A stretch of DNA of 53,112 nucleotides from an uncultured Desulfobacca sp. Its GTDB lineage: Bacteria > Desulfobacterota > Desulfobaccia > Desulfobaccales > 0-14-0-80-60-11. The translations under genes and the position numbers were made by a program. The stretch lies in the NCBI GenBank assembly GCA_964578335.1, contig CAZOCQ010000001.1, positions 1-53,112 of the forward strand, given 5' to 3'. Each line of letters begins with the position of its first letter. The first letter of the stretch is position 1. A model generated the notes under the pieces. The model was not told the origin of the DNA. It did no database searches and worked only from the letters and a program-made list of their open reading frames with translations. Shown one piece after another: positions 8,745 to 18,465 of the stretch.

Positions 8745-9371
8745 CTAAAATGATTCGTAAAAGGTGGCCTGCAGCGCGTCCACCTTGCCGGAATGAATCT
8801 GGTATTTGGCCACCACCAGTTCCAGGCGCTGATGATCCAGGGCCTCACTGATGATCCGGCTCTGCCGCCGCAGGGCCTCCTCCAGGTTCAGCAGGTGCTG
8901 CGCGGTGGCCGCCTCCACCAACTCGGCCCCGCTTTTGCCGGTACCCCGGGCCATCTCCGCCGCCGGGGCGATCTGCTGCACGATGGCCCCGATATGGCCC
9001 TCCGAGTGCTCGGGATGCTGCACCGCCGCGGTGACCGCGCCGCAGCTTTCATGGCCCTTGATCACCAGCAGGGGCACGTGCAAATGGGCCACCGCGTATT
9101 CCAGGCTGCCGATGCTGGTGGGTTCCAGCACCATGCCGGCGGTGCGCACCACAAAAAGATCGCCCAGACTTTGATCAAAGACGATTTCCGCCGGCACCCG
9201 GGAATCCGAACAACAGAGCACCGCGGCCTTGGGCGCCTGTCCCCCGGTCAGTTCGCCGCGCAAGTCCAGCAAATTGCGGCCCCGGAAGAGGCCTTGCACA
9301 AAGCGCATATTCCCTTCCATCAACCTGTACCAAACCTGCCTGCCGGTGAATTTCTGGCTGGAAGGCGTCAT
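8745..9371 (-). CDS. beta-class carbonic anhydrase
   Basis: LCCSDSRVPAEIVFDQSLGDLFVVRTAG and KGHESCGAV motifs. The track ORF (to 9758) was trimmed to the ATG at 9371 (MTPSSQKF) because the extension overlaps the nitroreductase gene. Confidence 0.8.
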   Translation of the reverse strand: MTPSSQKFTGRQVWYRLMEGNMRFVQGLFRGRNLLDLRGELTGGQAPKAAVLCCSDSRVPAEIVFDQSLGDLFVVRTAGMVLEPTSIGSLEYAVAHLHVPLLVIKGHESCGAVTAAVQHPEHSEGHIGAIVQQIAPAAEMARGTGKSGAELVEAATAQHLLNLEEALRRQSRIISEALDHQRLELVVAKYQIHSGKVDALQATFYESF

Positions 9372-9441
9372 AAATGATTCTCCTCTGCTGCGGCGCAGGA
9401 TCGCCGTAATTGATGGTAAAGGCGGGCGGAATGGGGGCCGG

Positions 9442-10011
9442 TTAGCTGACAATAATGTCCTCCAGCCTCCTTTTGGGCACGTGGTGCACCCCCGCCGCGT
9501 CCCGCCAGTACTTGATGCTGCCGTCGGGTCCCACCTCTTCCAGGACCACGGTCTCTTGGGGGCGGCCCAGGGCCAGCACCAGGAGAATTTCCAGGTGCCC
9601 CGGAAGCTGGAGCAATTCCCGCAGCCGGTCCCGCTGGATGGAACCCAGCATACAGCCGCCCAGCCCCTTCTCGCGGGCCCCCAATAGGATGGATTGGGCC
9701 GCGATGCCGTGGTCGCAGCCGAAGTTCTTGGAAATCTCCGTATCCCCCAGGATGACAAGGTAGGCGGCGGGGCGTTCGCCCTCCACCGGACCTCGCCAGT
9801 CCCACAAATAGGCGGCCCAGGCCAGGCAGGAGAAGATGGCGGAGTTGCTTTCCGGCTCCCAGGATAGGAAATATTTGAGCGGCTGGAGATTGGCGGCGGA
9901 GGCGCTCAGCCGGGCCAAATTCACCAATTCCAGCAGCGTTTCCCTGGACACCGGCTCCTCCTGATGGAAACGGCGGTAGCTGCGGTTTCCCTTAATCAGC
10001 TCTGTGATCAT
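9442..10011 (-). CDS. nitroreductase family protein
   Basis: MITELIKGNRSYRRFHQEEPVSRETLLELVNLARLSASAANLQP is a typical nitroreductase N-terminus. Confidence 0.8.
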   Translation of the reverse strand: MITELIKGNRSYRRFHQEEPVSRETLLELVNLARLSASAANLQPLKYFLSWEPESNSAIFSCLAWAAYLWDWRGPVEGERPAAYLVILGDTEISKNFGCDHGIAAQSILLGAREKGLGGCMLGSIQRDRLRELLQLPGHLEILLVLALGRPQETVVLEEVGPDGSIKYWRDAAGVHHVPKRRLEDIIVS

Positions 10012-10051
10012 GGCGGCCTCCTGGTCAGTGAGCAGTGAGCAGTTTTATGGC

Positions 10052-10981
10052 TTATTGGTCATTACGCCTTTCCAGCCGGAAGACCCCCTCCGGGGTGAGG
10101 ATGGCGTCCAGTCCCAGCGTTTCCAGAAACTGTGACAGGGGCCGGCCCAGGAGCAGTTCGGTGGCCGTCGGGGTCAACTCCCAGTCATTGATCAACATCT
10201 GGCGCAGGTAGTGGTCGAAGTGCAGGGCCTCGAACAAGACCTCTTCGGTTTCTTCCCGGCCCGCGGTCAGCGCCGCCAGGGCCTGGGCCACCCTGGCGCA
10301 GTCGCAGCGCTCCTGATGCGCGTGGATCAGGTTCCAGACTTCCGGCACCGCCTCGAACAGGTGCTTGCGGCTCAGAAGCTGGGCCACCGCCGGGGGCCGG
10401 GGCGGCTCGCCCCAGCAGTTCTGACGCCGGCATTGCTCCGGGCGCTGGTCGTAGATGCGACAGGAATTATTGGCGGCCATAAAGAACCAGCATTGGCGGC
10501 TGCCGGGCAGTTCCCGGATCTTCAGGCGTTCCTCCGTCAGGGGCTCCACCTGGCCCTCGCGGTTGGCAACCTGCTCCCCGGGCCGCAGGGTATAGACATC
10601 GTTCCAGGTGAGGATTTCCTGCTGAAACAGGGGCAGGTCATGAATGAGCAGGGTAGGGCTGCCCAAGGTGCAGCACTCCCCGCAGCGGATGCAGTCTTCC
10701 GAGACCTCCGCATATTTATTCCCGGCCGCGTTCATCAGGCGGCGCCAGGCTGCGCCCCGGGCCGCCAGGGGCAGGTCGTTCCAGCTATCGAATATTTCTT
10801 TGAACCCGGCGGAGTCCTCGATCTGACGGCGCAGCAGCTTAAACCGCTCGCTTTCGGCGGAGATTTCCAGGACCGCAGCCAAATATTCCTCCCAGATGGA
10901 GGCCATCACCTCCCGGGGTCCTTTGGCCAAAGCCTCCCCGGGGTCTTGATGGATTTTGCCTTTAAACTTGCGTGGTGACAT
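10052..10981 (-). CDS. YkgJ-type Cys-cluster (zinc/iron-chelating) domain protein
   Basis: CIRCGECC ... CWFF..NSCRIYDQRPEQCR pattern. The ATG at 10981 follows AAGGAA, whereas the track start at 11014 is a TTG. Confidence 0.6.
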   Translation of the reverse strand: MSPRKFKGKIHQDPGEALAKGPREVMASIWEEYLAAVLEISAESERFKLLRRQIEDSAGFKEIFDSWNDLPLAARGAAWRRLMNAAGNKYAEVSEDCIRCGECCTLGSPTLLIHDLPLFQQEILTWNDVYTLRPGEQVANREGQVEPLTEERLKIRELPGSRQCWFFMAANNSCRIYDQRPEQCRRQNCWGEPPRPPAVAQLLSRKHLFEAVPEVWNLIHAHQERCDCARVAQALAALTAGREETEEVLFEALHFDHYLRQMLINDWELTPTATELLLGRPLSQFLETLGLDAILTPEGVFRLERRNDQ

Positions 10982-11169
10982 GCATGTTCCTTGCGTTACT
11001 TTTATGATTTTCAAAATAGTAACATTTTTTTCCCCGGCTGTCCTACCTGTCCGGGGAAAAAAGTCCCCTTGGCGGCGAATTGGGACAGACCCGGGCGTGA
11101 AAAAGGAAAAACCAAGGTCGTTTGGACCTTGGCTCCTTTGCCTCCCTTTTTGCTAATCCTGGTTGCGGG

Positions 11170-11778
11170 CTACCTCTGTTTTCCCTGGGCCAGGCGCCGG
11201 GCGGTGGTAGTGTGGAAAGGGGCGTCGGGCTGGTTTGTCTGGAGATGCAGGGCATCCCGGTAAAGCTGGCGGTTCAGGTCCCGGTCCTCGCCGCCGCCGG
11301 TGATGAGCTCCAGAATGGCCTCCACCAGTTCCGGTTCGGTCTCCAGTTCGGTTAGAAAATCGCGGGCCTTAGCCGGCTCCACCCGGTGCAGCAGGACCGC
11401 GGCCAGCACCACCTTGGGGTCGCCGCCTTCGGCCTTGAGGAGGTCCTGGGCATAGTGCATCGCCGCCTCGGTGGCCTCCCAGGCGGCCTCATCCTGGAGA
11501 TATTGGCGCACCTGCTCCGCCAGAATTTCCTTGAAGGTCTGGGCCGCTTTTTTGGCCCGCACCAGGTCGGGGACGCACTTTTCGGCGTACTGGCACCATT
11601 CGGCGCAGCCCAGCTCGATCTTGGGATTATAAAACATGTGGCCGCACCAGGCGCAGCGCCGCCGGGCGTCATCCTTGAAAAACTCGATCTCCGCGCCGCA
11701 CTTGGGACATTCGGCCACAAAGATGTCGCCGGGTTTCCAGAAACGGGTGTCCTGACCGGGGCATTTCATCTGTTCCAT
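11170..11778 (-). CDS. zinc-ribbon protein with C-terminal helical (HD-like?) domain, hypothetical
   Basis: CPGQ..CPKCG..CAWCG Cys pairs at the N-terminus. GAGG sits 8 nt upstream. Coupled to the upstream Fe-S gene. Confidence 0.55.
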   Translation of the reverse strand: MEQMKCPGQDTRFWKPGDIFVAECPKCGAEIEFFKDDARRRCAWCGHMFYNPKIELGCAEWCQYAEKCVPDLVRAKKAAQTFKEILAEQVRQYLQDEAAWEATEAAMHYAQDLLKAEGGDPKVVLAAVLLHRVEPAKARDFLTELETEPELVEAILELITGGGEDRDLNRQLYRDALHLQTNQPDAPFHTTTARRLAQGKQR

Positions 11779-11787
11779 GACCGCGCC

Positions 11788-12498
11788 TCACTTTCCCCGC
11801 ACTTTCTGCTGTTGCAGGACCTGGCCGGCGGTGCCCAGGGTGCAGATGGTGACCGGCGGGGTCTTGCCGGCGGCTTCCATGGCCTGGCGCACCACCTGCA
11901 CCAGCCCGAAGCAGCAGGGCACTTCCATGTTGACGATGGTGATTTCCTGAATCTCGTTCTCTCTGAGGATGGCCGTCAGCTTGGCCACGCTGGCCTCGGC
12001 CTCCTCGAACTTGGGGCAGCCGCAGACCACCGCCTGGCCTTGCAGGAAGCGGGCGTGGAAGTCCCCGGCGGCAAAGGGGGCGCAGTCGGCCGCCACCAGG
12101 AGCTTGGCGTCTTTCAGAAAGGGGGCCTTGGGGGCCACCAGCCGGAGTTTCACCGGCCAGTGGGCCAGGGCCGATTCCCCGGCGGCCGGGGTTCCCGTGC
12201 GCTCAAACTGCCGCATGGCGCTGCCGGGGCAGACGAAGGCCGGGGCTTCCGGCGCCGGATGGTGCACTTCGTATCCCGGAGCCGGGCCCACAAACTCTTC
12301 AGCCTCTCGCTCCTCGATGGTCAGCGCGCCCTGGGGACATTCCCCCAGGCAGGCCCCCAACCCGTCGCAGAACTTGTCCGCCAGCAACTGCGCCTTGCCG
12401 TCCACGATCTGGATGGCCCCTTCGGCGCACGACGGCGCGCAGAGCCCGCAGCCGTCACATTTTTCCTGGTCTATCCTGATGATTTGCCGCTTTGCCAT
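11788..12498 (-). CDS. 4Fe-4S dicluster domain protein
   Basis: CDGCGLCAPSCAEGAI and CDGLGACLGECPQGAL ferredoxin motifs, plus a conserved C-terminal region ending in VPCCFG. Confidence 0.75.
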   Translation of the reverse strand: MAKRQIIRIDQEKCDGCGLCAPSCAEGAIQIVDGKAQLLADKFCDGLGACLGECPQGALTIEEREAEEFVGPAPGYEVHHPAPEAPAFVCPGSAMRQFERTGTPAAGESALAHWPVKLRLVAPKAPFLKDAKLLVAADCAPFAAGDFHARFLQGQAVVCGCPKFEEAEASVAKLTAILRENEIQEITIVNMEVPCCFGLVQVVRQAMEAAGKTPPVTICTLGTAGQVLQQQKVRGK

Positions 12499-12625
12499 GG
12501 TCGTCTTCCCTCGGTGAAATTTCGCTTAATATCTTTCCGGGCGTACCCGAATAATCTGCGCCTTGCTTTTATCTATATTTTAATCACCTGGATTGACGGT
12601 ACCATGACTTAAGTCAAGCCAGCCC

Positions 12626-12658
12626 AAAATAGTCAGGGCGGCCATTTCGGGCCGCCCC
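12626..12658 (-). terminator. rho-independent terminator candidate after mdh 3' UTR
   Basis: GGGCGGCC-loop-GGCCGCCC stem followed on the minus strand by TGACTATTTT. Confidence 0.5.
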
Positions 12659-12662
12659 ACTG

Positions 12663-12745
12663 GAAAAATAGGGACACCTCCTATTTTTCAATTCTTTCAA
12701 GCCATGAGGTAATTACCTTGAAAAATAGGAGGTGTCCCTATTTTT

Positions 12746-12746
<1 letters not shown>
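12663..12746. repeat. perfect 27-bp inverted repeat (arms 12663..12689 and 12720..12746) with 30-nt spacer
   Basis: GAAAAATAGGGACACCTCCTATTTTTC and its exact reverse complement. AT-rich. The right arm overlaps the mdh stop codon. The spacer contains the palindrome AGGTAATTACCT. Confidence 0.9.
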
Positions 12747-13678
<932 letters not shown>

Positions 13679-14068
13679 TCATTCCTCCTCGGTTATTATT
13701 TTGAGGGGAGGGCCGGGAGAGTTTGGGTGAGTTTGGAAGCCCCTGGTCCCCTCTCCATAAAAATCTTAAACACTGAATTCTAGCCATTTTGGCTGCATCC
13801 TGCAATGAAATTATCTCTATCCGGTTTGCCAGGCGAAAAGCTGACCCGGGGGTTTCAGCCGGAGTTGCCCCAGCTGAGGCGACTTTGCGGCGATTTGCGG
13901 AACAAGAAAGACGAGAGCCGGTTTGAGGACAGCGATTTTCGGGAAAAGACACGGCAGTGCCTCTGGAAGCGAAATTCCGGGATTTCAGGGATGCTTATCA
14001 AAAAGGGGGTTTTGGGGGCCAGCACGAGTGGGATGAATGGCAATAATTTTTGGCAACCGCTAAAAAAA

Positions 14069-14109
14069 CTCGAACTCGGAACTCGGAACTCGGAACTCGA
14101 AACTCTTCC
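14069..14109. repeat. heptamer microsatellite (CTCGGAA-type, about 6 units)
   Basis: ctcgaa ctcggaa ctcggaa ctcggaa ctcgaaa ctcttcc, read directly from the sequence. Confidence 0.9.
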
Positions 14110-14112
14110 AAG

Positions 14113-14141
14113 TTGACAGGCCCAGGCCGGACTCCTATAAT
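14113..14141 (+). promoter_or_regulatory. consensus sigma-70 promoter TTGACA-N17-TATAAT
   Basis: TTGACA at 14113..14118 and TATAAT at 14136..14141 with an exact 17-nt spacer, 23 nt upstream of the ATG at 14164. Confidence 0.7.
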
Positions 14142-14163
14142 CCCCCCAAACTGGGGCAGGTTT

Positions 14164-15078
14164 ATGACTACCATACTAATTTTTTTCAAGGCCCTGAGAT
14201 TGCCCTTTCTCACCGGGTCGCTCTTGCCGGTGACCGTGGCCACGGCCCTGGCCTATTGGCTGCACCAGAGCTTCAATCTGTTATTTTTCTGCCTCAACCT
14301 GCTGGGGGTGGCGGCCCTCCATTCCGGGGCCAATCTGATCAACGACTATTACGACTCCTTCGGCAGCGATCCCCTGAATCTCCATGTCACCCCCTTCAGC
14401 GGCGGCAGCCGGGTGATCCAGGACGGAGACCTGGCGGCCGAAACGGTAAAGACCCTGGCCTATTTCTTCCTGGCCCTGGGGGTGGTCTGCGGCCTGGCCC
14501 TGATTTATTACGCCCAGCGCCCCTGGGTGGCGGTTTTCGGCTTTCTGGGCCTGCTGGCCGGTTTCTGCTATTCCGCCTCGCCGGTGCAGTTGATGAGCCT
14601 GGGCCTGGGTGAGGCCCTCATCTTTGGCGCCTTCGGGCCGCTGCTCACCCTGGGGAGCTACTACGTCCAGAGCGGCCGGCTCCAGCCGGTGGGGGCCGCG
14701 GTGGGCCTGCCCCTGGCCTTCCTCATCACCGCCATCATCTGGATCAACGAATTTCCCGACCTGGAGGCCGACGTGGCCGCGGCCAAGCGCCACCTGGTGG
14801 CCCGCCTGGGGCTTAAACGCTCCCGCTGGATTTACGCCGTCCTGATGCTGGCTCCCTTTGCCAGCCTCTTCTTCCTGCTGGAATACTTCGTGTTGCCCGA
14901 TCTCATCATTGCCGCCCTGGTGGCCCTGCCCCCGGCCCTGGGGGCCATCCGCCTGGTTTGGCGCCATGCCCCCACTGAAGCCGAATTCGTCCGGGCCCAG
15001 GCCCTCACCATCCAGACCCACTTCCTTACCGGCCTCACCCTGACCTTGGCCCTGCTCTACGCCGCCTGGTGGCGGTGA
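14164..15078 (+). CDS. UbiA-family prenyltransferase (MenA-like)
   Basis: Polytopic membrane protein with the NLINDYYDSFGSD Asp-rich motif. Start placed at MTTILIFFKAL rather than the track start, which would read through the microsatellite and the promoter. Confidence 0.75.
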   Translation: MTTILIFFKALRLPFLTGSLLPVTVATALAYWLHQSFNLLFFCLNLLGVAALHSGANLINDYYDSFGSDPLNLHVTPFSGGSRVIQDGDLAAETVKTLAYFFLALGVVCGLALIYYAQRPWVAVFGFLGLLAGFCYSASPVQLMSLGLGEALIFGAFGPLLTLGSYYVQSGRLQPVGAAVGLPLAFLITAIIWINEFPDLEADVAAAKRHLVARLGLKRSRWIYAVLMLAPFASLFFLLEYFVLPDLIIAALVALPPALGAIRLVWRHAPTEAEFVRAQALTIQTHFLTGLTLTLALLYAAWWR

Positions 15079-15718
15079 TCCGGTCCGGCGGCCGCCACCC
15101 CGCCTTCCCCAGACCATTACATTTTGCCGCAAGGTCTTGGCATTTTTTACTAAAATTAGATTTTTCAAGTCTTGAGCAGTCATGATACTGAATCGAACCA
15201 ATGCTCATAAAACAAAAAATAAGTCAAACGTTGGCTAATAATTAGTCTATAAAATAAAACCGGATTATGGGTGCTCATCATCACGAGGCAGCTAAGGATC
15301 ATCTGCTAATTAATAGCCAAAGTTAATAAAAGGATATGACCTAAAACTTGATAATATTTTAGTAATAATTATTAACAAATAATAACATGCTTAGAAATAG
15401 GTACTTATACCGATATATAATAGGTATTTATACCTATTGACTAACCCCGATGAATCCTTAAGATAAACCCATCAAAAACTAACCTGTATTTCCTTTCTTA
15501 ATAAATCCTCAATATATAGCGATAAGTCGGGATAGCGCCTGGCCAAGCCCGAATTGTGTCGGCGTTGCGTGAATTGTGCCTCCGAATTCCTCAAGAGTAT
15601 TGTGAGTGTAACATGGGGATGGTAGCTCATGAGTTGCATAACAGGAATGAGATCTAATGTTCTTGGCATGTTTGATCTGAAGATATTACCAAAAATATTA
15701 TGGAGAGGGGAAGGGGTT

Positions 15719-16765
15719 ATGAAAATTATAACGTGTATCATGGTAGTAGTTTTCTGTGTTGCGTCCCTGGCGGCGGCTTATGACGAGAATGATTTTAACT
15801 CCACCGGCCGGGTGCACCAACCCGCGCCGCAGGGGCACGTCCCCGGCAAGGACAATGGAGCGGGGGTTGGTCTGCACCAGGCCGGCGTGCAATGCGGCAA
15901 TTGTCACACCCCGGGAGGCGCCGCCCAGACCAAACTCTGGACCATCGCGGGCACCCTGTATGCCGACAAGGCCGGCAAAACCCCGCTGCCGGGGGGTGAG
16001 ATCATCGTGGAAGACCGGGCCGGAAATATTATCAGCGTCACCGCCAATGAGGTGGGCAATTTCTGGACCGCCGCTCCCATCGCCAGCAACCCTTACGCCG
16101 TTTACAGTCACGGCGGCGTGACCGAACCGATGTATGTTTTAGATGAGGAATGCAACCTGGTGCAGCCGGCCGATCCCGCCGATCCGCGGACCTGGCAATA
16201 CAAGTGCTGGGTGCGCTATGGCAATGTGGTCCGCCCCATGGTGACCGTGGCCCCGGTGGGCTCGGCCACCGGCAAGTACATGTCCTGCAACATGCACCAC
16301 AGCCCCACAGGCTCCCGAGGCGCCCTGCGGGTTTCCCACCTGCCCATGCAGCCTTCCTATCCGGCCTCGGGACTGCTCTACACCAAGCATATCCAGCCCA
16401 TCTTCAGCAGCAAATGCGCCCCCTGCCATATCCAAGGCAGCACCAAGACCCGCCTGGTCACCATGACCGATATAGAGCCGCCGTCCACCTCCATTGACTA
16501 TAGTTGCACCCTGGACCTCATCAATTACCGGGGGTCCGCGGTGAGCGGCAACGTCAAGCGGGGAGTGCGCGCCGTGGCGAATACCGCCGATCCGGGGCAG
16601 AGCCTGATGCTGCAAAAGACCCTTCCCGGCGCCCTGCACGGCGGCGGGGCCTTTTGGGACCAGGCCGATCCGGACTACCTGGCCCTGCGCCAGTGGATCG
16701 CCGAAGGCGCGCAGAATAATATCTACACCACCCTGCGGGCGGTTAATTTGTTGATTGGTGATTAG
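15719..16765 (+). CDS. secreted dihaem c-type cytochrome
   Basis: Signal peptide MKIITCIMVVVFCVASLAAA behind GGAGAGGGGAAGGGG. Two CxxCH motifs (CGNCH, CAPCH). Confidence 0.7.
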   Translation: MKIITCIMVVVFCVASLAAAYDENDFNSTGRVHQPAPQGHVPGKDNGAGVGLHQAGVQCGNCHTPGGAAQTKLWTIAGTLYADKAGKTPLPGGEIIVEDRAGNIISVTANEVGNFWTAAPIASNPYAVYSHGGVTEPMYVLDEECNLVQPADPADPRTWQYKCWVRYGNVVRPMVTVAPVGSATGKYMSCNMHHSPTGSRGALRVSHLPMQPSYPASGLLYTKHIQPIFSSKCAPCHIQGSTKTRLVTMTDIEPPSTSIDYSCTLDLINYRGSAVSGNVKRGVRAVANTADPGQSLMLQKTLPGALHGGGAFWDQADPDYLALRQWIAEGAQNNIYTTLRAVNLLIGD

Positions 16766-16914
16766 CACAGGCAATTTTCTGCATAAGTCTCCAGGGGCGT
16801 GATTAATCCAGGCGAATGAATTGCGCCTCTGCATACCCCTTCCTGGAAATTTCGTTGCATCCTCCCCCCTGCTGGTTTTAAATGTAGGAGATCCCAAACG
16901 GAAGTTTTCATCTC

Positions 16915-17050
16915 GTCCCCAAGCTCCTGCTTGGGGACGCCCTTTGGCGCCAAGCTCCAGCTTGGCAAAAATTGATTGTATCGTCGCGATGGCCGTTTCG
17001 CAAAGCAGAGCTTTGAACCAAAGTGGGTTCCCAAGCGGGAGCTTGGGAAC
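16915..17050. repeat. cluster of four related hairpins (core CCAAGC-N4-GCTTGG / CAAAGC-N3-GCTTTG)
   Basis: Hairpins at 16915..16938 and 17027..17050 have 10-bp stems, 16949..16966 has a 7-bp stem, and 17001..17015 has a 6-bp stem. Confidence 0.85.
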
Positions 17051-17142
17051 CAGAAGAAGATTTGGTGGGTCCTGCCCACTTTATTTTAATGGCTTTTTAA
17101 GCTGAAAGCTGACCGCTGAAAGCTATAAGCAAAGGAAAATCC

Positions 17143-18147
17143 ATGTCAAATTTTTCAACCCCCCCGGTTTTAGTGGAAGTCACCCGCGGCCCCGAAGTGG
17201 AAAGCCGCCACCGCGGCCAGATAGTGGTCGCGGATGCGCAGGGTAAGCTGATCCACCAGGTGGGCGACCCGGAGGTCTGGGTCTGCCTGCGCTCCCTGGC
17301 CAAGCCCTTTCAGGCCCTGGCGGTGGTCACCAGCGGGGCGGCGGCGGCCTTCGGCTTCAAGGGGGCGGAACTGGCCCTGTTCTCCGGGTCGCTCTCCGGC
17401 CAGGAATTTCAGGTCTTCCTGATCACTTCGATCCTGGAACGCCTGGGCCTGAAATCCGACGCCCTGCAATGCGGCGTCCACCCGCCCCTGCACAAACCCA
17501 CGGCCCAGGCCCTGGCCCAGGCCGGACAGAAACCAAGCCCCCTGCACCACACCTGCGCCGGCAAACACGCCGCCATGCTGGCCCTCTGCGTATACCACAA
17601 ATGGCCCATCGAGGATTATCTGAATCCGGCCCACCCGGTGCAGCAGCTCATCCTGGGCCACGTGGCCCGGATCACCGGAGTGCCGAAGCCGCAGATCAAG
17701 GTGGCCATTGACGGCTGCGGCGCCCCGGTGTTCTATGTGCCCCTGAAAAATATCGCCCTGGGCTACGCCCGCCTGGCCGCGGCGCAAGAAGGCTCTCCGG
17801 CGGGCGACCTGATGGCGGGCATCCTGTCGCACCCGCGGCACATCGCCGGCGACGGCCGCCTGGAAACCATGGCCATGCAGGCCCTGCCGCAGAAAATCTT
17901 CGCCAAATCAGGCTCGGAAGGGGGTTACGCCCTGAGCATCATGGACGGCGGCCTGGGGGTGGCCCTGAAGATCGAAGACGGCGGGGTGCGGGCCATGAAC
18001 CCCAGCGTGGTGGCCCTGCTGGAGCAGTTGGGGCTGATGACCCCGGAGGCCGGACCGGCCCTGGCCCCCTTCCGGGAGCCGGCCATTCTTAATCACCGGA
18101 AGGAGGAGGTGGGGCGGATAAGGCCGGTGTTTAACATTAAGGACTAA
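17143..18147 (+). CDS. asparaginase II family protein
   Basis: VEVTRGPEVESRHRGQIVVAD...LRSLAKPFQAL and CAGKHAAML motifs are typical of the Asparaginase_II family. Confidence 0.8.
   Translation: MSNFSTPPVLVEVTRGPEVESRHRGQIVVADAQGKLIHQVGDPEVWVCLRSLAKPFQALAVVTSGAAAAFGFKGAELALFSGSLSGQEFQVFLITSILERLGLKSDALQCGVHPPLHKPTAQALAQAGQKPSPLHHTCAGKHAAMLALCVYHKWPIEDYLNPAHPVQQLILGHVARITGVPKPQIKVAIDGCGAPVFYVPLKNIALGYARLAAAQEGSPAGDLMAGILSHPRHIAGDGRLETMAMQALPQKIFAKSGSEGGYALSIMDGGLGVALKIEDGGVRAMNPSVVALLEQLGLMTPEAGPALAPFREPAILNHRKEEVGRIRPVFNIKD
17965..18132 (+). repeat. 168-bp direct repeat, copy 1 (3' end of asparaginase gene)
   Basis: Identical to 18466..18633, at an offset of exactly 501 bp. Confidence 0.95.
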
Positions 18148-18151
18148 AAGC

Positions 18152-18178
18152 CTGGTAGCGCAGGCTTCCAGCCTGTGG
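18152..18178 (+). repeat. REP-B element (GGTAGCGCAGGCTTCCAGCCTG)
   Basis: CAGGC-TTCCA-GCCTG hairpin. Inverted copy at 31384..31410 and a diverged copy at 46786..46811. Confidence 0.8.
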
Positions 18179-18206
18179 TTATGGGGCAATTTGAAGGAAA
18201 AAATTT

Positions 18207-18305
18207 ACCACAGAGACACAGAGGACACAGAGAAAGGCACAGAGGCGAGAAGCAAAAATTATTTTTCTCTCTGTGAAGTCTCTGTGCTCTCTGTGCCTCT
18301 GTGGT
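18207..18305. repeat. long imperfect palindrome built from CACAGAG / CTCTGTG heptamers
   Basis: The left arm has 4 CACAGAG units, the centre is AAAAATTATTTTT, and the right arm has 4 CTCTGTG units. Confidence 0.8.
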
Positions 18306-18350
18306 GAATCTTTGCTTCACTGGTGAGTCGCAAAGAACCGAATTGCCGAA

Positions 18351-18379
18351 GGCGGGAGGGGCTGCGCTTTCCCGCTTTA
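18351..18379 (-). repeat. REP-A hairpin copy (inverted orientation)
   Basis: The reverse complement reads AGCGGGAAAGCGCAGCCCCTCCCGCC. Confidence 0.6.
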
Positions 18380-18407
18380 CGGCCTTATTCATCCAGAAGC
18401 AGGTAAT

Positions 18408-18460
18408 TTATAGGGCGGGCTGCGCCCGCCGAATTACGGCGGCCACAGGCCGCCCTATAA
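18408..18460. repeat. structured element: 11-bp outer stem TTATAGGGCGG/CCGCCCTATAA, with GGCGGG/CCCGCC and GGCGGCC/GGCCGCC hairpins that share bases with it
   Basis: Read directly. The GGCGGG-CTGCG-CCCGCC and GGCGGCC-ACA-GGCCGCC hairpins use the last bases of each outer arm, so they compete with full outer-stem pairing. Confidence 0.7.
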
Positions 18461-18465
18461 GTTTA

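Noticed and set aside
8745-9758. Full 337-aa extent of the carbonic anhydrase ORF
   Set aside because: The first 129 codons overlap the nitroreductase gene and are low-complexity. Family similarity begins at the internal ATG at 9371.
15472-15741. 89-aa minus-strand ORF in the AT-rich island
   Set aside because: It overlaps the cytochrome start, has AT-driven composition and no RBS.
16762-17105. ORFs 16762..17079 (-) and 16821..17105 (+)
   Set aside because: Both simply translate the CCAAGC/GCTTGG hairpin array. No RBS or family signal is present.
17908-18392. ORFs 17908..18189 (-) and 18144..18392 (-) giving RLEACAT / TEAQRAQR-type peptides
   Set aside because: These are translations of REP-B and the CACAGAG palindrome. 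They are characteristic repeat-derived pseudo-ORFs.
18301-18465. N-terminal part of track ORF 18301..18651 as a real chimeric gene
   Set aside because: It starts at a GTG inside repeat DNA and reads through REP-A and the TATAGGG element before entering the duplicated fragment. No RBS is present. It is treated as a pseudogene fragment only.
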